Below are positions 36,208 to 45,205 of a stretch of 64,000 nt of DNA, piece after piece. Every line of letters begins with the position of its first letter. Position 1 is the stretch's first letter. The notes under the pieces were generated by a model. The model was not told where the DNA came from. It was given only the letters and a program-made list of their open reading frames with translations, and ran no database searches. The position numbers and the translations under genes are program-made. Source of the stretch: Halieaceae bacterium (GTDB lineage: Bacteria; Pseudomonadota; Gammaproteobacteria; Pseudomonadales; Halieaceae); assembly GCA_038143045.1 (NCBI GenBank), contig JAYQLF010000014.1, forward strand, positions 86,799 through 150,798, in the 5' to 3' direction.

Positions 36208-38027
36208 TGTGCGGCATTGTCGCCGTCACGGCGAGAAGGGATTGCTCTGAGATTTTACTAGAGGGGTTGCGCCGCCTTGAGTACCGGGGGTATGACTCCG
36301 CGGGATTTGCTTTAATAGATCGGCAGGGCGGGCTGTCTAGCCACAAGTGCCTCGGCCGTGTATCGGCGCTCGAGGAAGAACAGCAGGCTTCACCGATACA
36401 AGGTGGCACCGGCATTGCGCACACGCGCTGGGCCACACATGGCGAACCCTCTGTGCTCAACGCACACCCCCACATCATCAACGAGCGTATCGCCGTTGTG
36501 CACAATGGAATCATCGAAAATCACGCTGAGTTGCGAGAACAGTTGGCGCAGACCGGGCGAGTATGTCTTTCAGAGACAGATACCGAGGTTGTAGCCCAGC
36601 TGATTGAGTTGGCTGTAGCGTCAGGTGCGAAACTACTTGATGCCGTGCGCCAAGTGCTGCCACAGCTCCAGGGCGCTTACGCGCTGGCCATCGTCGATCG
36701 TGAGGCGCCTGATACTGTTGTTGTCGCGCGGCAAGGCAGTCCGTTGGTATTGGGCATTGGTATCGGTGAGCACTTCGCGGGATCCGATACGCTCGCATTG
36801 AGGTCCGTTACGGATACGTTCATTTATCTCGAGGACGGCGATGTTGCAGAACTCTCTGCGGACGCTTATCGGGTTTTCGATGCATCAGGTGAGGTGACCG
36901 CCCGAGTTCCGACCCGGCTCGCCCTAAAGGCTGACGAAGAGGGTTTGGGTAGTCATGAGCACTATATGCTCAAGGAAATTTTCGAGCAGCCCGCGCGTTT
37001 GCGCGACACGAACAGCCAAAGTATCTTTGGTGATGACGCGTTTGGCGGGGTTGCCGCAACAGTATTTCCTCGCGTCGCGGCCGTCCAGATTCTCGCATGT
37101 GGCACGAGCTACCATGCGGGCTTGGTGGCAAAGCATTGGATAGAATCTTTGGCGGGCCTGCCTTGTCAGGTTGAAGTAGCCTCCGAGTTCCGCTACCGAG
37201 AGTCCGTCCTCCTCCCGAACACACTGGTAGTCGGTGTCTCGCAATCGGGAGAGACGGCTGACACGCTGGCTGCGCTTGAGCATGTCGACCCGGAGCGAGT
37301 GTTGGCCAGGCTTGCGATATGCAACGTCGATCACAGCGCCATGGTACGGGCGTGTGAGCTGGCGTATTTGACGCAAGCAGGCGCAGAAATCGGCGTGGCT
37401 TCTACAAAAGCTTTCACCACACAGCTCGCGGCGCTTCTCCACCTCACAATGTGTCTTTCGCGGCATCACTCTCCCGGCAACGAGCTGGAGTCGGAGATCA
37501 AAGCAGCTTTGGATGAGATGCCCGATACTGTTGAAGCCGTATTAGCTCATGACGCACAGATCAAAGCACTCTCTTATCACCTCACCAACAAGGACCACGC
37601 GCTGTTTCTCGGCCGGGGGATCTACCACCCAATTGCGATGGAAGGAGCACTAAAGCTTAAGGAGATTTCCTATATCCACGCTGAGGCTTATCCTGCTGGT
37701 GAATTGAAGCACGGCCCTCTCGCGCTGGTTGATGAAAATATGCCGGTCGTGGCAGTGGCCCCAGATGACAGGCTGATGGAAAAGCTTCGCTCAAACCTTG
37801 AGGAAGTCCGCGCCCGCGGCGGGCAACTCTTTGTCTTCGCCAGTGAAAATGCCGGATATCAGTCTGGTCCGGGTTGCCAAGTGCTGGAAATACCACCTTG
37901 TAGTCCACTGGTGGGGCCGGTCGTCTACACAGTGGCGCTTCAGCTTCTGTCCTATCACGTCGCGGTGGCGCGAGGTACCGACGTGGATAAGCCGCGCAAC
38001 CTCGCCAAGAGTGTGACAGTAGAATAA
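36207..38027 (+). CDS. glmS: Glutamine-fructose-6-phosphate transaminase
   Basis: MCGIV (catalytic Cys), HTRWATHG, SQSGETADT, PRNLAKSVTVE; TGATG coupling to glmU. Confidence 0.98.
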   Translation: MCGIVAVTARRDCSEILLEGLRRLEYRGYDSAGFALIDRQGGLSSHKCLGRVSALEEEQQASPIQGGTGIAHTRWATHGEPSVLNAHPHIINERIAVVHNGIIENHAELREQLAQTGRVCLSETDTEVVAQLIELAVASGAKLLDAVRQVLPQLQGAYALAIVDREAPDTVVVARQGSPLVLGIGIGEHFAGSDTLALRSVTDTFIYLEDGDVAELSADAYRVFDASGEVTARVPTRLALKADEEGLGSHEHYMLKEIFEQPARLRDTNSQSIFGDDAFGGVAATVFPRVAAVQILACGTSYHAGLVAKHWIESLAGLPCQVEVASEFRYRESVLLPNTLVVGVSQSGETADTLAALEHVDPERVLARLAICNVDHSAMVRACELAYLTQAGAEIGVASTKAFTTQLAALLHLTMCLSRHHSPGNELESEIKAALDEMPDTVEAVLAHDAQIKALSYHLTNKDHALFLGRGIYHPIAMEGALKLKEISYIHAEAYPAGELKHGPLALVDENMPVVAVAPDDRLMEKLRSNLEEVRARGGQLFVFASENAGYQSGPGCQVLEIPPCSPLVGPVVYTVALQLLSYHVAVARGTDVDKPRNLAKSVTVE

Positions 38028-38029
38028 AA

Positions 38030-38197
38030 GTGGATCGTGCGGGCAATGGCATTGGTGTCGGCACAGCCATAGGGGCTGTCCTTTTTGTGTTAACCAATGA
38101 CCCCGTGTGGATAGCGTTGGGCGTCGCACTGGGTGCAGCACTTGGTTGGCGAAAACCCATTGCCCGAAATTCAGATCAAAAAAATTCGGATCAGTAG
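38030..38197 (+). CDS. Hypothetical 55-aa two-TM glycine-zipper microprotein (not in ORF track)
   Basis: Hand translation MDRAGNGIGVGTAIGAVLFVLTNDPVWIALGVALGAALGWRKPIARNSDQKNSDQ; GTG 2 nt after the glmS stop; GxxxG repeats. Confidence 0.65.
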   Translation: MDRAGNGIGVGTAIGAVLFVLTNDPVWIALGVALGAALGWRKPIARNSDQKNSDQ

Positions 38198-38289
38198 CGC
38201 TCAGAGGCACTGTGCCAAGAGTAGGACATTCAAACTAGACAGCTTGATATTTCACGCTGAGAAGGACACTGCCACAAGGAGTCGATACC

Positions 38290-38457
38290 GTGAAGGACAC
38301 GAAGCTGGTGCTATCTCAGGCCATTCTGTGGGCTGCGGCCATTCTGGTAGTGGCCATGGTCGAGGATCAGGGTGATGCGGTGCCGCTTTTGGCGGTATTG
38401 GCGACGATGGCGATTGGATTGGTGAGCAGTCGCACCAGGGCGAGAGAGAATCCGTAG
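38290..38457 (+). CDS. Hypothetical 55-aa two-TM microprotein (not in ORF track)
   Basis: MKDTKLVLSQAILWAAAILVVAMVEDQGDAVPLLAVLATMAIGLVSSRTRARENP; AAGGAG RBS at 38276-38281; helical hairpin with basic termini. Confidence 0.7.
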   Translation: MKDTKLVLSQAILWAAAILVVAMVEDQGDAVPLLAVLATMAIGLVSSRTRARENP

Positions 38458-38619
38458 GTAGCGGGCTACCATCCAATGGTCACACTGTAGCCAGTGTCGA
38501 CGTCAACCATCTTGTTGCCATTGTCGGTGTTTAAAGCTAACGGCATTCGGGCATGGTTATGGCACTCCGTTACGATCTAACCAGACAGGAAGTCTTGATT
38601 TATCAGGAGGATAAAGAGA

Positions 38620-38775
38620 GTGAAGTTATGGCGAATTTGGGCAAAAGCGCTTGGCGAAAAAGCCTCACTGGATACTCAGGAAGCCGACCGCGTAGCGATG
38701 ATTCGCACGCTCATCGTCGGCGTGAACTTTATTACCTGCTTTTTCATTATGGCCAACACCATTCGGCACTGGTAA
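38620..38775 (+). CDS. Hypothetical 51-aa single-TM microprotein (not in ORF track)
   Basis: MKLWRIWAKALGEKASLDTQEADRVAMIRTLIVGVNFITCFFIMANTIRHW; AGGAGG RBS at 38605-38610. Confidence 0.75.
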   Translation: MKLWRIWAKALGEKASLDTQEADRVAMIRTLIVGVNFITCFFIMANTIRHW

Positions 38776-38905
38776 GGACGATGGGTACATCCTTGCGCTC
38801 AACAAGGCTGTATTGATCTCAAGCGCACTGTAGCCGCTCTCATGGAGGTCAGCTTTCTACCGCTACCGCTGGTACTACCGACAGTGCCGGCAGGTATCGC
38901 GCGGG

Positions 38906-39265
38906 TCAGTCGGGATTAGCCGCCTTGTAGGCTTTGATCGCCGAGTTGAAGTCAGCGGCTACCTGTTCTTCACGCGAGACGGCGGCGTTGTAATCAGCTG
39001 CGGCCAGTGCATAGCGCTCCTTGGCGCTTTCATCACCCTCGTCGATAGACGCCTGTTCGGCCGACATTTGGTTGTCGACACATTCCAGGTACTCCGCATT
39101 CGCACCCTGAAAGGCTTTGACTTCGCCTTGCGCTGCGATCATTTCTTCCAGCGTTGCACTACCGCCATCGGGGCTGGGTGGTGCGACGGGCGCATCACAA
39201 GCGAAAGCGGCCCCTAACGGCATCACTGTCAGTGCCAGAAGGAGGGGGGCAGTTTGGATTTTCAT
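38906..39265 (-). CDS. Hypothetical secreted helical protein with two cysteines (119 aa)
   Basis: GAGG RBS; signal peptide ending AFA; mature C-DAP..PDG..ATLEEM..YLEC; acidic and Ala-rich. Confidence 0.8.
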   Translation of the reverse strand: MKIQTAPLLLALTVMPLGAAFACDAPVAPPSPDGGSATLEEMIAAQGEVKAFQGANAEYLECVDNQMSAEQASIDEGDESAKERYALAAADYNAAVSREEQVAADFNSAIKAYKAANPD

Positions 39266-39470
39266 CTTGATTTCCTCGTTATTGTTGAGACGCGGTGTTA
39301 TCGCCTTTTTGAGGTCACAATCCCACGAAACGTCACCGAGATCGTTACAAAACCTACCCGTAAAGGTTTTAACGTTATACCAATGAAAGGGACTGGACGA
39401 AACCGCCAATCTCGCGTTTTCGCACTCTACCGATTTCTGCTCATTCAGCCCATTCCGTTACACTGCGCGC

Positions 39471-41627
39471 ATGGACGTTTCCGATATTTTAAGCCCTCTC
39501 AACACCGCTCAACGTGAGGCGGTGACGGCCTCTACCGGTAACCTGTTGGTTCTGGCTGGGGCGGGCTCAGGCAAAACTCGCGTGTTGGTGCATCGCATTG
39601 CGTGGCTGATCCGCGCCGAAGGTTTTTCAGCGCATTCTGTGCTGGCGGTGACCTTCACCAACAAAGCTGCGAGAGAGATGCGCGGCCGTATAGAGGATAT
39701 GCTGCAGATGCCGACCCACGGATTGTGGGTGGGCACTTTCCATGGGTTGGCGCACCGGCTCCTCAAGGCTCATTGGCGTGAAGCCGGATTACCCCAGCAA
39801 TTTCAGATTCTAGACAGCGATGACCAGCTCAGGGTGGTAAAGCGAATCTGCCGGGAGCTGGATCTCGACGAGTCGCGATGGCCACCCAAGCAGGCTCAAT
39901 GGTTTATCAACGGACAGAAAGATGAAGGCCTGCGCGCTCGCCATGTTGAGGCACCGGAGGGCGATTTATATGCCAAGACCATGGTGCGTATTTATGCCGC
40001 CTATGAAGAAACCTGTGAACGCGGCGGGCTTGTTGACTTTGCAGAGCTGCTCCTGCGTGCGCATGAGCTGTGGCTGAAATCGCCCGAGACGCTGCAACAC
40101 TACCAACAGCGGTTTAAGACCATCTTGGTTGATGAGTTTCAGGATACCAACACCATTCAATATGCCTGGCTGAGGGTGCTTGCGGGCCAGAGTATTCCGG
40201 TTGTTGCCGTGGGTGACGACGATCAGTCCATTTACGGCTGGCGCGGTGCGCGCGTCGAAAATATCCAGCGGTTCGCAGAGGACTTTAGGCAAACAGAAAC
40301 CGTTCGTTTGGAGCAAAACTACCGCTCCACCGAGACCATTCTCGAGGCGGCCAATGGGCTGATTGCCCGCAATGCGGGACGGTTGGGTAAAAGTCTGTGG
40401 ACGGAGGGAGAGCGTGGCGACCCGATTACCTTGTATGCGGGTTTTAACGAACAGGATGAGGCGCGCTACATTGTCGAACAGGCCGAGACTTGGTTCGGCG
40501 ATGGTAACCCTCGCCGTTCTATCGCTATTTTGTATCGCTCCAATGCCCAATCCCGGGTGCTTGAAGAGGCTTTGTTGCGAGAGGGAATTCCCTATCGGAT
40601 CTATGGTGGCCAGCGGTTTTACGAGCGCCTTGAGATTCGCAATGCGCTCGCCTACCTCAGACTGGCACAAACCCGTGATGACGACCCTGCGCTCGAGCGC
40701 GTGTTGAACACCCCGCCCCGCGGCATTGGTAGCAAAACCGTGGAAAAACTACGAGAGGTGGCCCGTGCTGATCAAGTACCGATGTGGCAAGCCATTCATC
40801 GGACTCGCGAACAGAGCCTACTCCCCGCTAGGGCATTAACGGCGCTGGGCAACTTTCAGGCGCTGATCGAAGACCTTGACCGCTCATCTGAGACACTCCC
40901 GCTCGATGAGCTGACCGAGCACGTTATTGAAGTGACGGGATTGCTGGATTTTCATCGCTCAGAGAAAGGCGAGCGAGGACAGGCCCGGGTTGAAAACCTG
41001 CAGGAATTGGTCACCGCTACGCGGATGTTTGAGCCTGAGGACGAGGAGATCTCACCGCTTCAGGCGTTTCTGGATAGTGCGGCACTCGATGCGGGAGAGG
41101 GTCAGGCTGACCCTTACGAGGACAGCATCCAAATGATGACGCTGCATTCGGCGAAGGGCCTCGAGTTTCCGCTGGTGTTTATTGCTGGCATGGAGGAAAA
41201 CCTCTTTCCTCATCAGATGTCTCTTGAAGAGCCGGGCCGACTCGAGGAGGAGCGGCGCTTGGCCTACGTCGGTATTACTCGCGCCATGAAGAAACTGGTC
41301 GTCACCTATGCCGAAAATCGCCGGCTCCATGGCAGCGACATGTACAACACGCCATCTCGGTTCATTCGAGAGATTCCAGGCGACTTGATTGAAGAGGTTC
41401 GCCTTAACGGGTCGGTGTCCCGACCACTGGGTTCACTTGCGCGCGGCTCGTTGGCTGAGCCACCGCCGGAAGGCATCGATCTGGGCAGACGCGTCATTCA
41501 TCAAGTCTTTGGCGAGGGGGTTGTTACGCAGTTCGAGGGCCAGGGTAGCAATGCCCGGGTTGAGGTGAGCTTCAGTGAAGGCAGCAAGTGGCTTGTGCTT
41601 CAATACGCCAACCTGACAGTCCTCTGA
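39471..41627 (+). CDS. uvrD: DNA helicase II
   Basis: AGAGSGKTRVL, DEFQDTN, GDDDQSIYGWRGA, HSAKGLEF, EEERRLAYVGITRA. Confidence 0.97.
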   Translation: MDVSDILSPLNTAQREAVTASTGNLLVLAGAGSGKTRVLVHRIAWLIRAEGFSAHSVLAVTFTNKAAREMRGRIEDMLQMPTHGLWVGTFHGLAHRLLKAHWREAGLPQQFQILDSDDQLRVVKRICRELDLDESRWPPKQAQWFINGQKDEGLRARHVEAPEGDLYAKTMVRIYAAYEETCERGGLVDFAELLLRAHELWLKSPETLQHYQQRFKTILVDEFQDTNTIQYAWLRVLAGQSIPVVAVGDDDQSIYGWRGARVENIQRFAEDFRQTETVRLEQNYRSTETILEAANGLIARNAGRLGKSLWTEGERGDPITLYAGFNEQDEARYIVEQAETWFGDGNPRRSIAILYRSNAQSRVLEEALLREGIPYRIYGGQRFYERLEIRNALAYLRLAQTRDDDPALERVLNTPPRGIGSKTVEKLREVARADQVPMWQAIHRTREQSLLPARALTALGNFQALIEDLDRSSETLPLDELTEHVIEVTGLLDFHRSEKGERGQARVENLQELVTATRMFEPEDEEISPLQAFLDSAALDAGEGQADPYEDSIQMMTLHSAKGLEFPLVFIAGMEENLFPHQMSLEEPGRLEEERRLAYVGITRAMKKLVVTYAENRRLHGSDMYNTPSRFIREIPGDLIEEVRLNGSVSRPLGSLARGSLAEPPPEGIDLGRRVIHQVFGEGVVTQFEGQGSNARVEVSFSEGSKWLVLQYANLTVL

Positions 41628-41636
41628 GGAGTCGCG

Positions 41637-42799
41637 ATGCGTGAAAAACAGATTTTGCCGGTCGTCGTGGTTGGTTTGACAGCGATGTTGGTCTCGGTGG
41701 TAGCACTGTGGACGCTCGATCGCGTTGAGGGTGCTGGCATCGCTACCGTATCCGAGTCAGGCCCGGTAGAGGTCATCGAATGGAAGTTGGTAACCACTTG
41801 GCCTAAGGGGTTGCCGGGGCTCGGTGCCGCGCCAGAAAATTTTGCGCGCCGCGTGAATGAGGCATCGGGTGGGCGATTGCGCATCAAGGTGTTTGGCGCG
41901 GGGGAAATTGTCCCGGCCTTTGAGGTTTTTGATGCGGTCTCCAGAGGCGTGGCGGAGGCCGGGCACGGCGCTGCCTACTACTGGAAGGGCAAGATCCCTG
42001 CTTCGGTGTTTTATACGGCGGTCCCATTCGGCATGACGGCACAGGAGGCGAATGGATGGCTTCACTACGGTGGCGGCCTCGAGCTGTGGCGAGAGCTTTA
42101 CGCTCCTTTTGGTGTGGTCCCCTTTGCGGGGGCAGCACCGGCGTTCAAATGGCGGGTTGGTTCAATATTCGGCTGAATGACCGCACCGACTTGGATGGCC
42201 TTAAAATGCGGATTCCCGGCCTCGCTGGTGAAGTGTTTGATGCGGCAGGCGGGTCCGCCGTGCGGATCGCAGGCGGGGAGGTCTATACTTCTATGCAGAC
42301 CGGTGTGATTGATGCCGTTGAATGGGTGGGCCCCTATAACGATCGGACGCTCGGGTTGATGGAAGTCGGTGAGTACTACTATTACCCGGGCTGGCACGAG
42401 CCTGGCGCAATGCTCGAGACCATTGTGAATGCCGAGGCGCTGGCTGCGCTACCGGCGGATTTGCAGGCGATTGTAAGAGTTGCCGCGCGGGCCACGAATA
42501 CCGACATGCTCGACGACTTTACCGCCAACAACAGCGAGTCGCTGCAGATTCTCTTGCGCGAATTCGACACTGAAGTGCTGCCGTTACCGGACGATGTGAT
42601 GGATGCGTTGTATGAAAGCAGCCAAGTGGCGATTCAAGCATTGGTGGATTCAGATCCGATGGCAAAAAAAATCGCAGCGTCTTACTTCGACTTTGCACAA
42701 AAGGTGCGCACGTATCACGAGATCTCTGAGCGCGGATATTTGAACGCGCGCGACCGATTGTTGCCGCCGGTCTCGCTTACTGCGGAATCGGTCGAGTGA
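41637..42799 (+). CDS. dctP: TRAP transporter substrate-binding protein, TakP/2-oxoacid-like (one base missing in G-run 42128-42132)
   Basis: WKLVTTWPKG, YYWKGK, GGSTGVQMAGWF, KMRIPG, YYYPGWHEP. Confidence 0.85.
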
Positions 42800-43175
42800 G
42801 CTTGTTCTCGTCAATGGCAACGTAAATGAACTCACCCTCAGTGACTTTGAGGGGTTCGCCGTCGTGTTTGGCGTTGATCCACACCTCAACCAAAATGCGA
42901 ACGGAGCTGCGGCCCGTTTCCAGCACGTCGCAGTAACAGCTGACCACTGCGCCGACGTGGACCGGCGTCAGAAAAGACATCCCCTCAATGGCTACGGTGG
43001 CGACACGCCCCTCGGCGAGCTCCGAGGCGGTGATACTCCCGGCCAGATCCATTTGAGATAGCAGCCACCCACCGAAAATATCGCCATTGGCGTTGGTGTC
43101 TTTGGGCATCGCAATGGTTTGTAAGGCCAGCTCACCGAAAGGCAGTGGACTGGTATCAAGCTCTTCTACAGACAT
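42777..43175 (-). CDS. yciA: Acyl-CoA thioesterase (hotdog fold, YciA-like)
   Basis: AMPKDTNANGDIFGGWLLSQMD; AAGGAG RBS before ATG 43175. Confidence 0.88.
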   Translation of the reverse strand: MSVEELDTSPLPFGELALQTIAMPKDTNANGDIFGGWLLSQMDLAGSITASELAEGRVATVAIEGMSFLTPVHVGAVVSCYCDVLETGRSSVRILVEVWINAKHDGEPLKVTEGEFIYVAIDENKLTRPIPQ

Positions 43176-43248
43176 GCCGGGCTCCTTCAGTGGGCGCTGA
43201 TGTTGCATGCCACATCATCAGCTACAGCGCTCGCGATGGCCAGTGCCT

Positions 43249-44615
43249 TTATCGGCCCAGTGCAGTTGGTAGCCAGAGCACGAGGTTAGGCCACCACCAC
43301 ATCAGGAGTAGCAGCAAAAGTTGAATCAAAACAAACGGCAGCACACCGGCGTAAATCGCGCGCGTGCTAACGGTTTCTGGCGCCACGCCGCGTAAGTAGA
43401 ACAGTGCAAAACCAAAAGGCGGCGTGAGAAACGACGTCTGTAAGTTCACGGCAATCATGACGCCCAGCCAGACGGGATCGAAACCCATGGAAAGGAGCAC
43501 GGGCCCCACGACGGGCACCACAACAAAGGTGATCTCAATAAAATCCAGAATAAAACCGAGTAGAAACATCACCAGCATGACCACGAGAAGCGCCATATGA
43601 GGGCCTCCACCGAGCTCCTCGAAAAACTGCTCAATCAGCGCATCACCGCCAAACCCGCGAAAAACCAGGGAAAAAACCGCTGCGCCAATCAAAATCAGGA
43701 ACACCATGCTGGTGGTGTAGAGCGTGGAGCGTGAGATGTCCTGCAGCATCCCAAACGACAGCGCACCGCGCATCAAAGCCAGCAGCAGCGCACCAGTCGC
43801 GCCGACACCCGCAGCCTCTGTGGGGGTGGCGGCGCCGACCAGAATGGATCCCAGCACCAAAGTGATCAGCGCGAGTGGCGGCAGGACTGCTTTAATGACC
43901 GCACCGGCTCCGTCTTGTCGACCGAGACGGCGGGCGGCGCGCTATGCGGTTGAATGGCCGCTCGTGTTAATACGTAAGCGAGATAGAGGAACACCAGCAC
44001 CACACCCGGCACCATCGCACCCACAAACAGGTCGCCCACAGAGACGGTATCGGTATTGATGACGTTCATGCGAAGTTGGGCCTGTTGGTAGGCGCTGGAC
44101 ATAATGTCACCCAGCAAAACCAACGCGATTGAAGGCGGAATGATCTGCCCTAACGTGCCGGTGGCGCAGATGGTGCCGGTGGCCAACTGGGGTTGATAAC
44201 CCGCCCTCAGCATCGACGGCAGTGCGAGCACCCCCATTGTGACCACTGTCGCGCCCACAATGCCTGTGCTCGCCGCCAAAAGCGCACCGACGAGGATGAC
44301 TGCCACGCCTAATCCACCCGGGCGCTCCCCGAACAGCCCGGCCATATTGGCCAGCAGGTCCTCTGCAATTTTGGCGCGCTCAAGTACCACGCCCATCAGA
44401 ATAAACAGCGGCACCGCAACGAGCGTCTCGTTGCCCATTGTGCCGAAGATGCGGCCTGTCAAAGCCGTCAGGTAGTCAGGGTCAAAGTGGCCAATCAGGA
44501 TACCGAGGGCAGCGAAACCCAGCGCCGTGCCACCCAGAGTGAGTGCGACGGGGAAGCCTAGCAGTAGCACAACACAGACCACGACAAACATCGCTAGTGC
44601 CAGTTGCCCTTCCAT
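43249..44615 (-). CDS. dctM: TRAP transporter large permease (frameshift near 43900-43945)
   Basis: AVPLFILMG, GTLGQIIPPS, TPTEAAGVG, QTSFLTPPFG; the alternate frame reads GAVIKAVLPPLALITLVLGS. Confidence 0.88.
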
Positions 44616-45130
44616 CAGCTACGACCTCGCTCACGCAACAAGTCGATGGCGCGATAGATCTGTGAAACCGATTGGAGGGCCAGCAAAATCGCCATGGCCG
44701 GTATGAGCGTCTTCAGGACGAAGACAAGCGGCAAACCGCCCGGCTCAGGCGAGGCTTCTCTCGCTGACCAGCTGTCTGTCACGTAATCCCAACTGCCCAT
44801 GCCGATCAGCCCGCACAGCGGCAATGTGAACACAATATGCCCCAGTGCATTGACCCAGGCTTTTTGGCGTGCATTGAACTGCCGGTAAAAAATATCCACA
44901 CGGACATGCTGGTCGGCGCCGAGCGTGATGGCCGCTCCCAACATGAAGAGTGTCGCGTGCAGGTATTGCACGGATTCCTGTGCGGCGATTGCACCGGTAT
45001 TGAACCCGTAACGCAGGACGACGATGAGTAGCACCAACAGCGCCATCGCTGGCACACACCACGAAATCGCGCTGCCCAACCAGGCCATGCTCTTGTCCAA
45101 TATATTTGCGGGGCGCGCGCTAAGGGGCAT
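44615..45130 (-). CDS. dctQ: TRAP transporter small permease
   Basis: VVLRY, HVRVDIFY, EPGGLP; 4 TM; stop overlaps dctM start. Confidence 0.88.
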   Translation of the reverse strand: MPLSARPANILDKSMAWLGSAISWCVPAMALLVLLIVVLRYGFNTGAIAAQESVQYLHATLFMLGAAITLGADQHVRVDIFYRQFNARQKAWVNALGHIVFTLPLCGLIGMGSWDYVTDSWSAREASPEPGGLPLVFVLKTLIPAMAILLALQSVSQIYRAIDLLRERGRS

Positions 45131-45205
45131 GAGAATCCCACGGTTTTTATCGCAGACGCGCAAGGTTATCATTCCGACCCTATAGATTGCAGGAGAAGCG
45201 AGCCC

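Noticed and set aside
37982-38114. Two 1-mismatch DnaA boxes (CGTGGATAA, TGTGGATAG) near the glmS end
   Set aside because: Both are explained by codons, with no IHF site or AT-rich tract nearby
38553-38816. 87-aa ORF-track call, and likewise 38133-38375 and 38252-38476
   Set aside because: Alternative frames with proper RBSs and coherent membrane-protein composition (38290, 38620) explain the region better
38028-38905. Tn7-like element or integron cassette array at the glmS site
   Set aside because: No tns genes, integrase, terminal repeats or target duplication; the TAACGG...CCGTTA repeat spans only about 35 bp, too short for attC, and is not repeated after each ORF
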